From the NCBI GenBank assembly GCA_020849035.1, contig JADLHC010000085.1, positions 11,053 to 75,052 on the forward strand: 64,000 nucleotides of DNA, given 5' to 3'. Below are positions 33,209 through 42,614 of the stretch, in pieces. This DNA comes from Planctomycetia bacterium. GTDB lineage: Bacteria; Planctomycetota; MHYJ01; WSZJ01. The translations under genes and the position numbers were made by a program. The notes under the pieces were generated by a model that made no database searches, had not been told where the DNA came from, and worked only from the letters and a program-made list of their open reading frames with translations. Numbering within the stretch: the stretch's first letter is position 1; every line of letters begins with the position of its first letter.

Positions 33209-34783
33209 ATGTGGCCCTGGCGGTCCAAGCCGCGCCGATTCTCGCTCACGCGACAGGGCCCGGCCCTGCCGGTGGAGACCGTCCGCCGCGGCCCCGCCAC
33301 CTTCAACCTGCTCGCCGGGACGCTCTTCACCCTGGCCACGGTCGCGATCCTCTCCTGGACGCCGGCGCGACCCTCGGGCGGCGCCTACCATGTCGTGGAA
33401 GGCGGACAGATCTGGATCCGCCTCGGCGGGCACCTGGTGCTGGCGGCGCTCGCGGCCGCCGTCACCGCGCTCGCGCTGTCGTTCCTCGCGCCGGACCTGC
33501 ACCGGAGGCCGGGCGGTGTCTTCACGTGGGGGTTCACGCTGGTCGCGCTGTTCGCGTCCGTCCGGACGTTCGAGGCGATGGGGTGGCCGCTGGAGTTCGT
33601 GCCGGTGACGCTGGCGGGGATGATCCTTGCGATCGCCCTCGGCCCGGGCCTCGCCTTCGCGAACATCCTCGCCTTCACGCTTCTCGCGCGCATGACGGGC
33701 GTCCTCGTGGGCGACGACTACCACTCCGTCCTCGCGCTCTTCCCGGGCTCCGTCATAGCCGTCTTCGGCATGCGCAGCCTGCGCCGCCGTTCGCGGCCGC
33801 TCAACGTCGGCATCCTCGCGGGGCTGGTGCACGCCGCGGCCCTCGTGGGCATCCACCTCGTCTCTTCCGGCGACGCCACGTTCCGCGAGCACCTCGCCTT
33901 CGCGGAGAAGGACGCGGCGCGCGGCATGGTCAACGGCGTCGCCACCGCGTTCGTCATCACCGGGCTGCTCCCCTTCCTCGAGCGCGCGTTCCGCATCACC
34001 ACCGACCTCTCGCTGCTGGAGCTCGCGGACTTCAACCAGCCGCTGCTCAAGAAGATGTCGCTCGAGGCGCCCGGCACGCACTACCACAGCATCCGCGTCT
34101 CGGAGCTGGCCGAGGCCGCCGTCACGGAGATCGGCGGGAACGCCCTGCTCGCGCGCGTGGGCTGCCTCTACCACGACATCGGCAAGACGAACAAGCCCGA
34201 GTACTTCTTCGAGAACGACCCGCAGGCCGGCGCGCGGCACAAGGCCCTCTCCCCCGCGATGTCGACGCTGATCATCAAGGCGCACGTGAAGGACGGCGTG
34301 GAAATGGCCGAGTACTACGGGCTTCCCGCCGAGGTCATCGACTTCATCACCCAGCACCACGGCACGATGATGATCCAGTTCTTCTACCGCCAGGCCATCA
34401 CGAACGCGGCGGAGGCCGGGATGGGTGAAGCGGTGGACGCGGAGTCGTTCCGGTATGCGGGGCCGAAGCCGCAGACGCGCGAGACGGCGGTGGCGATGCT
34501 TGCCGACGGCGTCGAGGCCGCGGCGCGGACGCTGTCCGACCCGACGCCGGCGCGCCTCGAGGGACTCGTGCGCGGCACGGCGATGGAGCGGCTCAACGAC
34601 GGGCAGTTCAACGAGTGCAGCCTGACGATGAAGGAGCTGGAGAAGGTGATCGCCTCCTTCGTGCGCACGCTCGTCGGGATCTACCACTCGCGGGTGCGCT
34701 ACCCGAACCAGAAGCCGGACACGGACCTCGACCAGCTCGCGCGCGGCGTCCCTGCGCCGCCGAAGGTCGCCGAGCGGCCGTGA
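33209..34783 (+). CDS. 7TM-HD family membrane phosphohydrolase (PgpH/YqfF-like HDIG protein)
   Basis: Seven hydrophobic helices are followed by HYHSIRVSELAEAA...LYHDIGKTNKPEYFFEN...IIKAHVKDGVEMA...ITQHHGT. The start is uncertain (the track ORF starts at 33140). The gene lies upstream of ybeY, as in many genomes. Confidence 0.85.
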   Translation: MWPWRSKPRRFSLTRQGPALPVETVRRGPATFNLLAGTLFTLATVAILSWTPARPSGGAYHVVEGGQIWIRLGGHLVLAALAAAVTALALSFLAPDLHRRPGGVFTWGFTLVALFASVRTFEAMGWPLEFVPVTLAGMILAIALGPGLAFANILAFTLLARMTGVLVGDDYHSVLALFPGSVIAVFGMRSLRRRSRPLNVGILAGLVHAAALVGIHLVSSGDATFREHLAFAEKDAARGMVNGVATAFVITGLLPFLERAFRITTDLSLLELADFNQPLLKKMSLEAPGTHYHSIRVSELAEAAVTEIGGNALLARVGCLYHDIGKTNKPEYFFENDPQAGARHKALSPAMSTLIIKAHVKDGVEMAEYYGLPAEVIDFITQHHGTMMIQFFYRQAITNAAEAGMGEAVDAESFRYAGPKPQTRETAVAMLADGVEAAARTLSDPTPARLEGLVRGTAMERLNDGQFNECSLTMKELEKVIASFVRTLVGIYHSRVRYPNQKPDTDLDQLARGVPAPPKVAERP

Positions 34784-35220
34784 AGGCCCCCCGCCCGGCC
34801 GTGCGCGTCTTCTCCGCGCGCCCCGTCCCGGCCGCGCTGCGAAGGGCCGCCGCCGCGGCCGCGCGCGCCGCGGGGCCGCTCCGCGGGCCGGTGGACGTGC
34901 ACCTCGTCTCGGACCGCGAAATCCGCCGCGTCAACCGGGAGCGCCTCGGCCACGACTGGGCCACCGACGTCTGCACGTTTCCCATGGGCGAGCGGTTCCT
35001 CTGGGGCGAGCTCGTCGTGAGCCTCGACACGGCGCGCCGCGAGGCCCGCGCGCGCCGCCTCCCCCTCGCCCGCGAGCTCGCCCTCTACGTCGTCCACGGC
35101 GTCCTCCACCTCCGCGGGCTCGACGACCGCTCCCCCGCCCAGCGCGCGGCGATGCGGAGGGCGGAAGCCGCGGCGCTGGCGAGCCTGGCGAAAAAAAAAG
35201 GGCCATCGCCGCGGCGATAG
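34780..35220 (+). CDS. ybeY: rRNA maturation endoribonuclease YbeY
   Basis: GTG 34780 (GTGA overlap with the upstream gene). Zinc motif LYVVHGVLHLRGLDD (HxxxHxxGxD). Confidence 0.88.
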   Translation: MKAPRPAVRVFSARPVPAALRRAAAAAARAAGPLRGPVDVHLVSDREIRRVNRERLGHDWATDVCTFPMGERFLWGELVVSLDTARREARARRLPLARELALYVVHGVLHLRGLDDRSPAQRAAMRRAEAAALASLAKKKGPSPRR

Positions 35221-35244
35221 CCCTCCCCGTTTCCCGGATCCGGC

Positions 35245-35733
35245 CTACTTGTCCTTCGGCACCTCGGGCACCTGGAGCGCCTCCAGCTGCTTGATCGACG
35301 TCTCCAGCGCCTCCTTCTGCGTCTTCAGCTGCTGCACCAGCGTGACCGTCATCCCCTGGAGCTCCGTCAGCACCTTCATCACCTCTTCCTTGTTCGCCAT
35401 GTTCACCACGTCCACCTTGCCCTTCATCTCCTCCAGCTGCTTCTCCAGGACCGCCAGCTTCTTGTCCACGTCGTCCAGCGTCTTCAGCCGCGAGTCGTTG
35501 ATCTGCTGCGTCACCCAGTTCCTCGGCGCGCCGTTCGACTCCAGGTCGTAGACGCGCTTGCCGAGGTCCTTGTCGAGGTCCTTCTTGAAGTTCGTGACCG
35601 CCTCGGCGGTTTTCTGGTCCGCGTAGGACTGGTTCTCGGACTTTGCCTTGGCGAGTTCCTCCTCGAGGGTGGAAGAGCTGACTCCGCAGCCGGCGGCGAG
35701 CATGGCGACGGCGATGGCGAGGACGACCTTCAT
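35245..35733 (-). CDS. coiled-coil lipoprotein, hypothetical
   Basis: GGAGG lies 5 nt upstream of the start. Lipobox MKVVLAIAVAMLAAGC. The rest is Lys/Glu-rich heptad-like sequence. Confidence 0.75.
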   Translation of the reverse strand: MKVVLAIAVAMLAAGCGVSSSTLEEELAKAKSENQSYADQKTAEAVTNFKKDLDKDLGKRVYDLESNGAPRNWVTQQINDSRLKTLDDVDKKLAVLEKQLEEMKGKVDVVNMANKEEVMKVLTELQGMTVTLVQQLKTQKEALETSIKQLEALQVPEVPKDK

Positions 35734-35816
35734 GGGACCTCCGTGATTGGTGTGCGCGTATGAAGACCGGAAGTTACCACCCACGGGGGCCGAAGTGGAG
35801 CGAAAGTGGGCGACGG

Positions 35817-38327
35817 TCAGGGCGCGGTCCAGACGAGGCGGAACCCGGCCCCCAGGGCGTCCGCGCCCAGGCCGGGAGTGCGCGCGGAAAGCAGCGCGCC
35901 CCTTTCGCCCGAGTCGTACCTGCCGCCGCGCAGCGTCTTGACCCCCTTGTAGAGGTCCTTCGTCGTGTCGTAGTCGGACGTCGTCCACTCCATGACGTTC
36001 CCGGCCATGTCGAAGCAGCCGCTGGGGCTGACGTCGCCGGTCACGCTGCCCGGGGGCATCGGCCCCTCGGCGCGGCGGGCGACGTTCGCCTTCGACGCAT
36101 CGAACGCGTTCCCCCAGGGGTACAGGCGGCCGTCCGTCCCCCGCGCCGCCTTCTCCCACTCCTCCTCCGTCGGAAGCCGCCAGCCAGGCCCCTTCCACGT
36201 CGCGTACTCCACCACGTCGGCCCGCGCCACGCCGCGCAGCGAGACTGCCCCCTGGCCTTCCGGCGGCTTCGGCCCCCCCCACGATTTCGGAGGCGCGATC
36301 TCCGTCCCCGCGGCCTTCGACGCCGCGAGGAACGCAGCCCACTCGTCGCACGTGACCTCCCGGACCTGGATCCAGTACGACGGCAGCTCCTTCTCCGCCG
36401 CAGGCTCGCCGTAGAGGAACGTCCCGCCCTTCACGTACGCCAAACCCGTAGGGATCGCCCTGGAAATCCGCGCCAGCCCCGCCTGCGCCTCCGCGTGCGT
36501 CGCCAGGTACCCCAGCGCCGCACGGAACTCCTCCCGCGCCTCCTCCAGCTTCTTCTCCCCCTCCAGCGCCACCCCGAGCTGCGCGTGCTTGTCCGCCGCA
36601 CCCGACTTCCGCTTCTCGATCAGCTCCGCCAGCGCCGTCGCCTGCTCCGCCGTCGCGATCGAGGAGGCCTCCTTGTACTTCTCCAGCGCCACCTCAGGGT
36701 CCGCCGCCTCCGCAGCGTCCCTCAGGAGCTGCGCGTACCGGTCCGACGACTGCGCGAACCGCTTCGCCTCCGCCAGGCGCGCCTCGGCGTCGGGAAGGGC
36801 CTCGAGGGCGTACTTGCGGCCGAGTTCGACGGCGCTTTCGAGGGAGGCTATGGCGTCGCGGGGTTGCTTGGCGTCGCGGGCGTCGCGGAGGAGGGTGTCG
36901 AAGCGCCCCTGGGCGTCGGCGCGTTCCTTGTCGCGGGCGGCCTTGCCTTCGGCGGCTTTCACCTTGGTCTCGACGCCGGCGATCATGGTGGAGCCGGGAT
37001 CGAGGAGGCGGGCCTCCTCGAGGAGGTTGCGCGCGGAGACAGGGTCGCCGGCGTCGGCGCGCCGCGCGGCCTCGGCGAGCTTGCGCTCCGCCTCCTCCTT
37101 TTTCGCCCGCGCGGGATCCTCGGGCCGGACGGGGGGCTCGTCGACGGGTGGCTTGTCCGGTTCCGGCCGGCCCGCGTCCGGCTGCGGGCGCGCCTTGCCC
37201 GACCACTTTTCCCAGTGGGCCACCAGATTCCCGCCGAACCCGCGATTCACGCCGTCCGGGGGCACGAGACCCAGCGCGGCGACGCCCCCCGCGATCGCCA
37301 GCACGAGCAACCCCAGCAAAAGCGGGGCCTTCGGCTTGCGGTGCACCAGCGTCACGCCCTGCTTCGGCGAGGGCTTCCGCTCGACCTGGGTGTGGTCCCC
37401 CATCGCGATCCGGGGGCGCTTGCCCCCCAGCAGCGCCTCGAGGTCCTCGATCAGCGCCTCGGGCGACTGGTACCGGTCCTCAGGCAGCTTCCCCATGCAC
37501 TTCAGCACGATCGAATCCATCGACCGCGACACCTTCGCCGCCACCGCGCTCGGGGCGGGCGGCTCGTCGTAGATGTGCTGGGACAGCAGGCTGATCGCCG
37601 TGTCCCCCTCGAACGGCGCCCGTCCCGTGGCCAGCTGGAACATCATCACGCCCAGCGAGTAGATGTCGCTCCGGATGTCCGCAGGCCGCCCCTGCGCCTG
37701 CTCGGGGCTGATGTACTTCGGCGTCCCCATCACCGTCCCCGGCAGCGTCTTCTCGTTGTCCTCCTTCTTCAGCTTCGCGAGCCCGAAGTCCATCACCTTG
37801 ATCTTCACGTTCCGGAAGTTCGTGAACAGGACGCTGGAGCCGTGCTTGCGGGTTTCGGCGTACGGGACGCTGGCTTCGGGCCCGCCTCCGGTGGAGACGA
37901 GGATGTTGGAGGGCTTGATGTCCCGGTGGACGATCCTCTCGGGCGATCCCCACGCCGCCTTCAGCGCCTTGCCGACCGCCAGCGCGATGACCGCGACCTC
38001 CGGCTCCTCGAACTTCCGCCCCTTGTCGATGAACTTCTGGAGCGTCGCCCCCTCGACGTACTCCATCGCGAACCACTGCGCACCCTCGTGCTCCCCCGCG
38101 CCGTAGACCTGGATGATGTGCTCGCTCGCGATCGAGGCGAGACACTGGGCCTCGCGGCGGAAGCGGGTGACGAAGTCCGCCTCGCGCGTCATGTCGGCGT
38201 TGAGGAATTTGACGGCGACCTGGCGGCTGAGGGAGCGCTGGCGGCCGAGGTACACCTTGCCCCAGCCTCCCTTGCCGAGGATCTTGTCGGTGAAGACGTC
38301 GAAGTCGCCGAGGGCAAGGACGGGCAC
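35817..38327 (-). CDS. Ser/Thr protein kinase with TM helix, helical-repeat region and C-terminal FGE-sulfatase (SUMF1-like) domain
   Basis: GTG start. Kinase motifs GKGGWGKVYLG, VAVKFL, HRDIKPSNILV, DFGLAK. C-terminus RLPTEEEWEKAARGTDGRLYPWGN...GCFDMAGNVMEWT...LRGG. Confidence 0.9.
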   Translation of the reverse strand: MPVLALGDFDVFTDKILGKGGWGKVYLGRQRSLSRQVAVKFLNADMTREADFVTRFRREAQCLASIASEHIIQVYGAGEHEGAQWFAMEYVEGATLQKFIDKGRKFEEPEVAVIALAVGKALKAAWGSPERIVHRDIKPSNILVSTGGGPEASVPYAETRKHGSSVLFTNFRNVKIKVMDFGLAKLKKEDNEKTLPGTVMGTPKYISPEQAQGRPADIRSDIYSLGVMMFQLATGRAPFEGDTAISLLSQHIYDEPPAPSAVAAKVSRSMDSIVLKCMGKLPEDRYQSPEALIEDLEALLGGKRPRIAMGDHTQVERKPSPKQGVTLVHRKPKAPLLLGLLVLAIAGGVAALGLVPPDGVNRGFGGNLVAHWEKWSGKARPQPDAGRPEPDKPPVDEPPVRPEDPARAKKEEAERKLAEAARRADAGDPVSARNLLEEARLLDPGSTMIAGVETKVKAAEGKAARDKERADAQGRFDTLLRDARDAKQPRDAIASLESAVELGRKYALEALPDAEARLAEAKRFAQSSDRYAQLLRDAAEAADPEVALEKYKEASSIATAEQATALAELIEKRKSGAADKHAQLGVALEGEKKLEEAREEFRAALGYLATHAEAQAGLARISRAIPTGLAYVKGGTFLYGEPAAEKELPSYWIQVREVTCDEWAAFLAASKAAGTEIAPPKSWGGPKPPEGQGAVSLRGVARADVVEYATWKGPGWRLPTEEEWEKAARGTDGRLYPWGNAFDASKANVARRAEGPMPPGSVTGDVSPSGCFDMAGNVMEWTTSDYDTTKDLYKGVKTLRGGRYDSGERGALLSARTPGLGADALGAGFRLVWTAP

Positions 38328-38399
38328 GGACAGGCTCCGAAAGGGACAGGAGATTCTACGGGAGGGCGGGAAGGGCGGAAGGCAAATCCCGGCGGCGGG

Positions 38400-38969
38400 T
38401 CATTCGCCGGCGGCGAGCGAAAGGAGGTCGTCGAGCGCCGAGCCGTCGCGGGGCGAGGTCGCGAGGAGCGCGCGGCGCGCCGCGGGGTCGGCCGCGGTGA
38501 GCGCGCGGAACACCTCGGCCGCCTGCCGGCGCACGTCGGGGTGGCGGGCCGGGTTCCGCAGGGCGCGTTCGAGGGCGGGAAGGGCCTCGCGCAGCGCGAG
38601 GGTGTGGGCGACGCCGAGCCAGCCGGAGGCGTCCTCGTCGGTCGCGGCCGCGTCCAGGCCGGCGGCGACCGCCTCGGCGCGGCCGAGCGCGAGTCCGAGG
38701 ATTCCCCTCTCGTCGCCGGCCGCGGCGCGCCAGTCGGCGTCGAATCGCGCGCCGCCGGCCTCGCCGGCGAGGCGCCAGTAGGCCGCGGCCGCGATCCGCC
38801 GGAGCGCCGGGGGGCGCTTCCTGTCCGCCGCGACGCCCGCGACCGCCCCCGCCGCGCCGCGCGCTTCGCCCGCGACGGCGAGGGAGATCGCCTCGATGAT
38901 GTCGCGCGACCGCATCATGGGGTCCGCGATCCGGGCGGCGAGGAACTGCTCTTCCGGCGTCAGTCGCAA
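38400..38969 (-). CDS. hypothetical helical-repeat (HEAT-like) protein. Either an independent TTG-start gene or the 3' part of a frameshifted gene.
   Basis: The high-GC3 frame continues upstream of the first ATG (38918) up to TTG 38969. It overlaps the end of the 38960-39202 ORF by 10 nt. Confidence 0.5.
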   Translation of the reverse strand: MRLTPEEQFLAARIADPMMRSRDIIEAISLAVAGEARGAAGAVAGVAADRKRPPALRRIAAAAYWRLAGEAGGARFDADWRAAAGDERGILGLALGRAEAVAAGLDAAATDEDASGWLGVAHTLALREALPALERALRNPARHPDVRRQAAEVFRALTAADPAARRALLATSPRDGSALDDLLSLAAGE

Positions 38970-39202
38970 GAGCACCGCCCCCGGGGGAAGGAGTCGACGA
39001 GGCGCGCGGCGTGGGCCCGGACGAGGCCGCCGCGGTCCTCGTCGTCCGCGAGCGGGCGCAGCAGCAGCACGGTCTCCGGGCGCGTGACCTCGTGGATCGC
39101 CTCCATCCACGCGAGCAGCTCGGCGTCCGTGACGCCGGGCTTCTCCAGGACCTCCTCGAACGGCCAGCGCTGCTCGATCACGGGCCCATTGTACGAAGAC
39201 AC
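38960..39202 (-). CDS. hypothetical protein (80 aa), or the 5' part of a frameshifted gene
   Basis: GTG 39202. The translation is VSSYNGPVIEQRWPFEEVLEKPGVTDAELLAWMEAIHEVTRPETVLLLRPLADDEDRGGL... A C5G5 homopolymer pair lies at 38977-38986 near the frame junction. Confidence 0.45.
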   Translation of the reverse strand: MSSYNGPVIEQRWPFEEVLEKPGVTDAELLAWMEAIHEVTRPETVLLLRPLADDEDRGGLVRAHAARLVDSFPRGRCSCD

Positions 39203-39243
39203 GGCGGGCGCGGCAGCCGCACGGCCGCCGCGCCCGCTGGACG

Positions 39244-41022
39244 TCACTTCATCTGCGCCTTCGCGATCGTCCGGGCCAGTTCGACGAACTCCGCCCGCTC
39301 GCCGCCCGGGTCGTTCCCGAGCGCGCCGCCCGCCAGCTCGACGACCAGGCCCCAGTTCGAGCCCTCTCGGTTCTCCGAGCCCTTGAGCAGCATCCCCGCC
39401 ATCGCCACCGCCGTCGCGAACTCGAAATCCGGCGTCGCCGCGATCTCCTTCTCCACGAACGGGATCTCCAGCTTCTCGCTCCTGTCTCCCTCCGGCTCCT
39501 TGAACCGGAGCTTCACGGTCAGCAGCTCGTCCGACGCCTCGGCCGCGGGTTCGATCTGCCGGTACTTGAGCGGATCCACGCCGATCGCGGTGTCGACGCC
39601 CACCGGCACGACCTCGTAGAGCGCCGTCACCTGGTGCCCCGCGCCGATCTCCCCCGCGTCCTTCCGGTCGTCGTTGAAGTCCTTCGCCGCGAGGCGGCGG
39701 CTCTCGTACCCGATCAGCCGGTAGCCCGCGACCTTCGCCGGGTTGAACTCCACCTGGATCTTCACGTCCTTCGCGACCGTCAGCAGGGTCCCCGTCATCT
39801 GCCGGACCAGGACCTTCTCCGCCTCCTCCTCCGAGTCGATGTACGCGGCGTTCCCGTTCCCCTTCTCCGCAAGCTCCTGCGCCTTCGAGTCCTGGTAGTT
39901 CCCCATCCCGAACCCGAGCACGCTGAGGAACACCCCCGTCTCGCGCTTCTTCGCGATCAGCTCCGCCAGCCCCTGCGGGCTCGAGACGCCGACGTTCCAG
40001 TCGCCGTCCGTGCAGAGCAGGACCCGGTTCGTGCCGCCCTTCACGAAGTTCTCCGCCGCAACCTGGTAGGCCAGCTCGATGCCGGCCGCGCCGTTCGTCG
40101 AGCCCCCCGCCTGCAGCCGGTCCACCGCCGCCTCGATCGCAGCGCGGTCCGCGCCGCTCGTCGGCGGCAGCACGAGCCCCGAGCTCCCGGCGTACACCAC
40201 CATCGAGACCTTGTCCTGCGCCCGCATCTTCCCCGCCAGCATCTTCAGCGCCGTCTTCACCAGCGGCAGGCGACCGGGACCGTTCATCGAGCCCGACACG
40301 TCCACGAGGAACACGAGGTTCGAAGCCGGCGCCTGCGCGTAGTCCACGTCCTTCGCGCGCAGCCCGATCCGCACCAGCCGGTGCTTCGTCGACCACGGCG
40401 CCGCGTGCGACTCGACGTGCGCCGAGAACGGCCGCCCGTCCGCCGCCGCGGGATAGTCGTACCGGAAGTAGTTCAGCATCTCCTCGATCCGCACCGCGTC
40501 GCGCGGCGGGAGCTGGCCGCCGGCGAGGAAGCGCCGGATGTTCGCGTAGGACGCGGTGTCGACGTCGACGGAGAACGTGGAGAGGGGGTTCTCGGTCGCG
40601 AGGGCGAACTCGCCCTCGGCGTGGTGCGTGTAGCCTTCCGCGCTCGAAGAGGGATCCGGCGCCGGCGCGAGCCGGCCGCCCGGGGCCGCGAGGTTGCGCC
40701 GGCCGCCCATCCGCCCGCCGGCCCCGCCGCCGCCCCCGACGCCCATCGCGTCGTACACGCCGGGACCGCGCCCCATGAACGCGCGGCTGTCCCCCGGCAT
40801 CGCGCTCAGGAATTCCTCCGAGTTTGCAGCCTCGTTGTGGTCCGCCAGGAACGGCGCGCCGGCCATCGCGGGCTCAGGCAGCCCCGCATCCCCGACGCGC
40901 GCCACGCCCTTCCGGTCGAACACGTCGCGGGGCCGCTCGAGCCGGAAGACCTTCGCCTCGCGGCCGGCCACGCCCACCACCGCCGCCCGCGGCTCCTCGT
41001 ACGTCGCCGCCCGGTAGGTCAC
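39244..41022 (-). CDS. von Willebrand factor type A domain protein (YfbK-like)
   Basis: LSTFSVDVDTASYANIRRFL...EEMLNYFRYDYP, then the MIDAS segment LVFLVDVSGSMNGPGRLPLVK...GGSTNGAAGIELAY. The true start is probably upstream of GTG 41022 (see findings). Confidence 0.88.
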   Translation of the reverse strand: MTYRAATYEEPRAAVVGVAGREAKVFRLERPRDVFDRKGVARVGDAGLPEPAMAGAPFLADHNEAANSEEFLSAMPGDSRAFMGRGPGVYDAMGVGGGGGAGGRMGGRRNLAAPGGRLAPAPDPSSSAEGYTHHAEGEFALATENPLSTFSVDVDTASYANIRRFLAGGQLPPRDAVRIEEMLNYFRYDYPAAADGRPFSAHVESHAAPWSTKHRLVRIGLRAKDVDYAQAPASNLVFLVDVSGSMNGPGRLPLVKTALKMLAGKMRAQDKVSMVVYAGSSGLVLPPTSGADRAAIEAAVDRLQAGGSTNGAAGIELAYQVAAENFVKGGTNRVLLCTDGDWNVGVSSPQGLAELIAKKRETGVFLSVLGFGMGNYQDSKAQELAEKGNGNAAYIDSEEEAEKVLVRQMTGTLLTVAKDVKIQVEFNPAKVAGYRLIGYESRRLAAKDFNDDRKDAGEIGAGHQVTALYEVVPVGVDTAIGVDPLKYRQIEPAAEASDELLTVKLRFKEPEGDRSEKLEIPFVEKEIAATPDFEFATAVAMAGMLLKGSENREGSNWGLVVELAGGALGNDPGGERAEFVELARTIAKAQMK

Positions 41023-41224
41023 GATCGTCGCGCCCGCCAGAAGCGCCAGGTGGATGCTCGTCGCGACCGGAATCGGCCACAGCGCGGCCGCACGCCTCAG
41101 AAGGCTTCCCCTGGTCTCCTCCGCAGGTTTCCGACCGGGGCCGTCGCGGCCGCCGGGCGAGAGGTGGGAACGGAAGATCGGCGCGGCGGATCGACGGAGT
41201 TTCGGAATTCGCGGGCGGAGGGCG

Positions 41225-42595
41225 CTAGCCGCCGTCGTCGCGCACCCGCTTCCGCCGGAGAATGTGGTGGTAGTTCTGCGCGAACCGGTGCGCCTCGTCC
41301 CGCACGTACTGCAGCAGCCGGAAGCCCGGCCTGTGCGGGTCCGGCCGCAGGGGCGCCTCCCGGCCCGCCACCCAGACGTGGTCCCCCTCGTGCTTCGCGA
41401 AGCCGATCGTGAACGGCGGGCGGACGCCCGCCTCCCGCATCGCCGCCAGCGCCGCGTTCAGGTGCGCCTGCCCGCCGTCGATCAGCATCACGTCCGGGAA
41501 CGCCGCCTCCTCGTTTTTCAGGCGCGCGAACCTCCGCCGCACGACCTCGCGGATGGACGCGTAGTCGTCGATCCGGTCCACGGTTGTTATTTTGAATCGC
41601 CGGTACCCGCTCTTGAACGGCACCCCGTCCACGAAGCTCACCAGGCTCCCCACCGCGTCGCTCCCCTGCAGGTGCGAGATGTCCGTCCCCTCGATCACCC
41701 GCGGCCGCAGTTCCAGCCCCAGCAGGTCCCTCAGGTCGTCCACGCTCTTCACCGGGTCCAGCGGGATCAGGTCCGTCTCCAGCGCGTCGTCGAGGTCGCG
41801 GTGCTCCTTCAGGTGCTCGATCGCGAATACCTGGTCCCGCACGATCGCCGCCAGTTCGTACTCCCGCGCGTCGCTGTGCGCCTTCATCCGCGCCTTCATC
41901 TCCTTCAGCAGCTCGCGCTTCGCCCCCGTCATCATGCGCCGGAAACTCCGGAGATCCTCCGCGTACGCCTCGCGCGGGATCTTGTCCGCGCACGGCGCCG
42001 TGCAGCGCCCGATGTTCCACAGGAGACACGGGCGGAAGAACCGCCGCTTGTCGTCGTCCTCCCGGATCTCGAAGGTGCAGGTGCGGAAGCGGAAGATGCG
42101 CTGGAAGACCTTGAGCGCGGCGCGGAGCTGGCCGCTCGACGTGAACGGCCCGATGAAAGTCGCCTTCTCCGGCTCGCCGGGCGGCACGTACGTCTCGCCC
42201 TTCGCGGCCGCCCGCTGCCGCGCGACGACGTCGAGCTCGCGCGTGAGGAACACGTACGGGTACGCGTCCTGGGAGATCCCCAGCACCGTGAACGACTTGT
42301 CGTCCTTCTCCCGCGCGTTGTACCGCGGCTGGATGTCCTTGATCAGCCGCGCTTCCGCGAGCAGCGCGTCGACCTCCGAGTCCATCTGCAGCGTCTCGAT
42401 GTCCTCGACCTGCGCGACCATCGCCGCGATCCGCGGGTCGTGGTCCGCCGACTTCTGGAAATAGGACGAGACGCGGCTCTTCAGCGACTTCGCCTTCCCG
42501 ACGTACATCACCACGCCCCGGCCGTCCTTCATCAGGTACACGCCCGGCGCGTCCGGCAGGGACTCGAGTTTCCCGGCGAGCGCTTCGCGATCCAC
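41225..42595 (-). CDS. uvrC: excinuclease ABC subunit C, short form (456 aa, no C-terminal HhH region seen)
   Basis: GTG start. GIY-YIG segment PGVYLMKDGRGVVMYVGKAKSLKSRVSSYF...RLIKDIQPRYN. UVR-like helix pair. C-terminal endonuclease region PDVMLIDGGQAHLNAA...VRDEAHRFA. Confidence 0.88.
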   Translation of the reverse strand: MDREALAGKLESLPDAPGVYLMKDGRGVVMYVGKAKSLKSRVSSYFQKSADHDPRIAAMVAQVEDIETLQMDSEVDALLAEARLIKDIQPRYNAREKDDKSFTVLGISQDAYPYVFLTRELDVVARQRAAAKGETYVPPGEPEKATFIGPFTSSGQLRAALKVFQRIFRFRTCTFEIREDDDKRRFFRPCLLWNIGRCTAPCADKIPREAYAEDLRSFRRMMTGAKRELLKEMKARMKAHSDAREYELAAIVRDQVFAIEHLKEHRDLDDALETDLIPLDPVKSVDDLRDLLGLELRPRVIEGTDISHLQGSDAVGSLVSFVDGVPFKSGYRRFKITTVDRIDDYASIREVVRRRFARLKNEEAAFPDVMLIDGGQAHLNAALAAMREAGVRPPFTIGFAKHEGDHVWVAGREAPLRPDPHRPGFRLLQYVRDEAHRFAQNYHHILRRKRVRDDGG

Positions 42596-42614
42596 GGGGA
42601 CAGCCTACCGCATC

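Noticed and set aside
38960-38962. In-frame TGA as a selenocysteine codon (selA is present in the window)
   Set aside because: Reading through this TGA in the same frame gives 16 low-complexity codons and another stop. The coding signal continues in a different frame, so a frameshift or an overlapping gene is the better explanation.
35760-39386. 1208-aa plus-strand ORF over the FGE-sulfatase kinase gene and neighbours
   Set aside because: It is the shadow frame of a minus-strand kinase that has all Hanks motifs. The translation is not protein-like.
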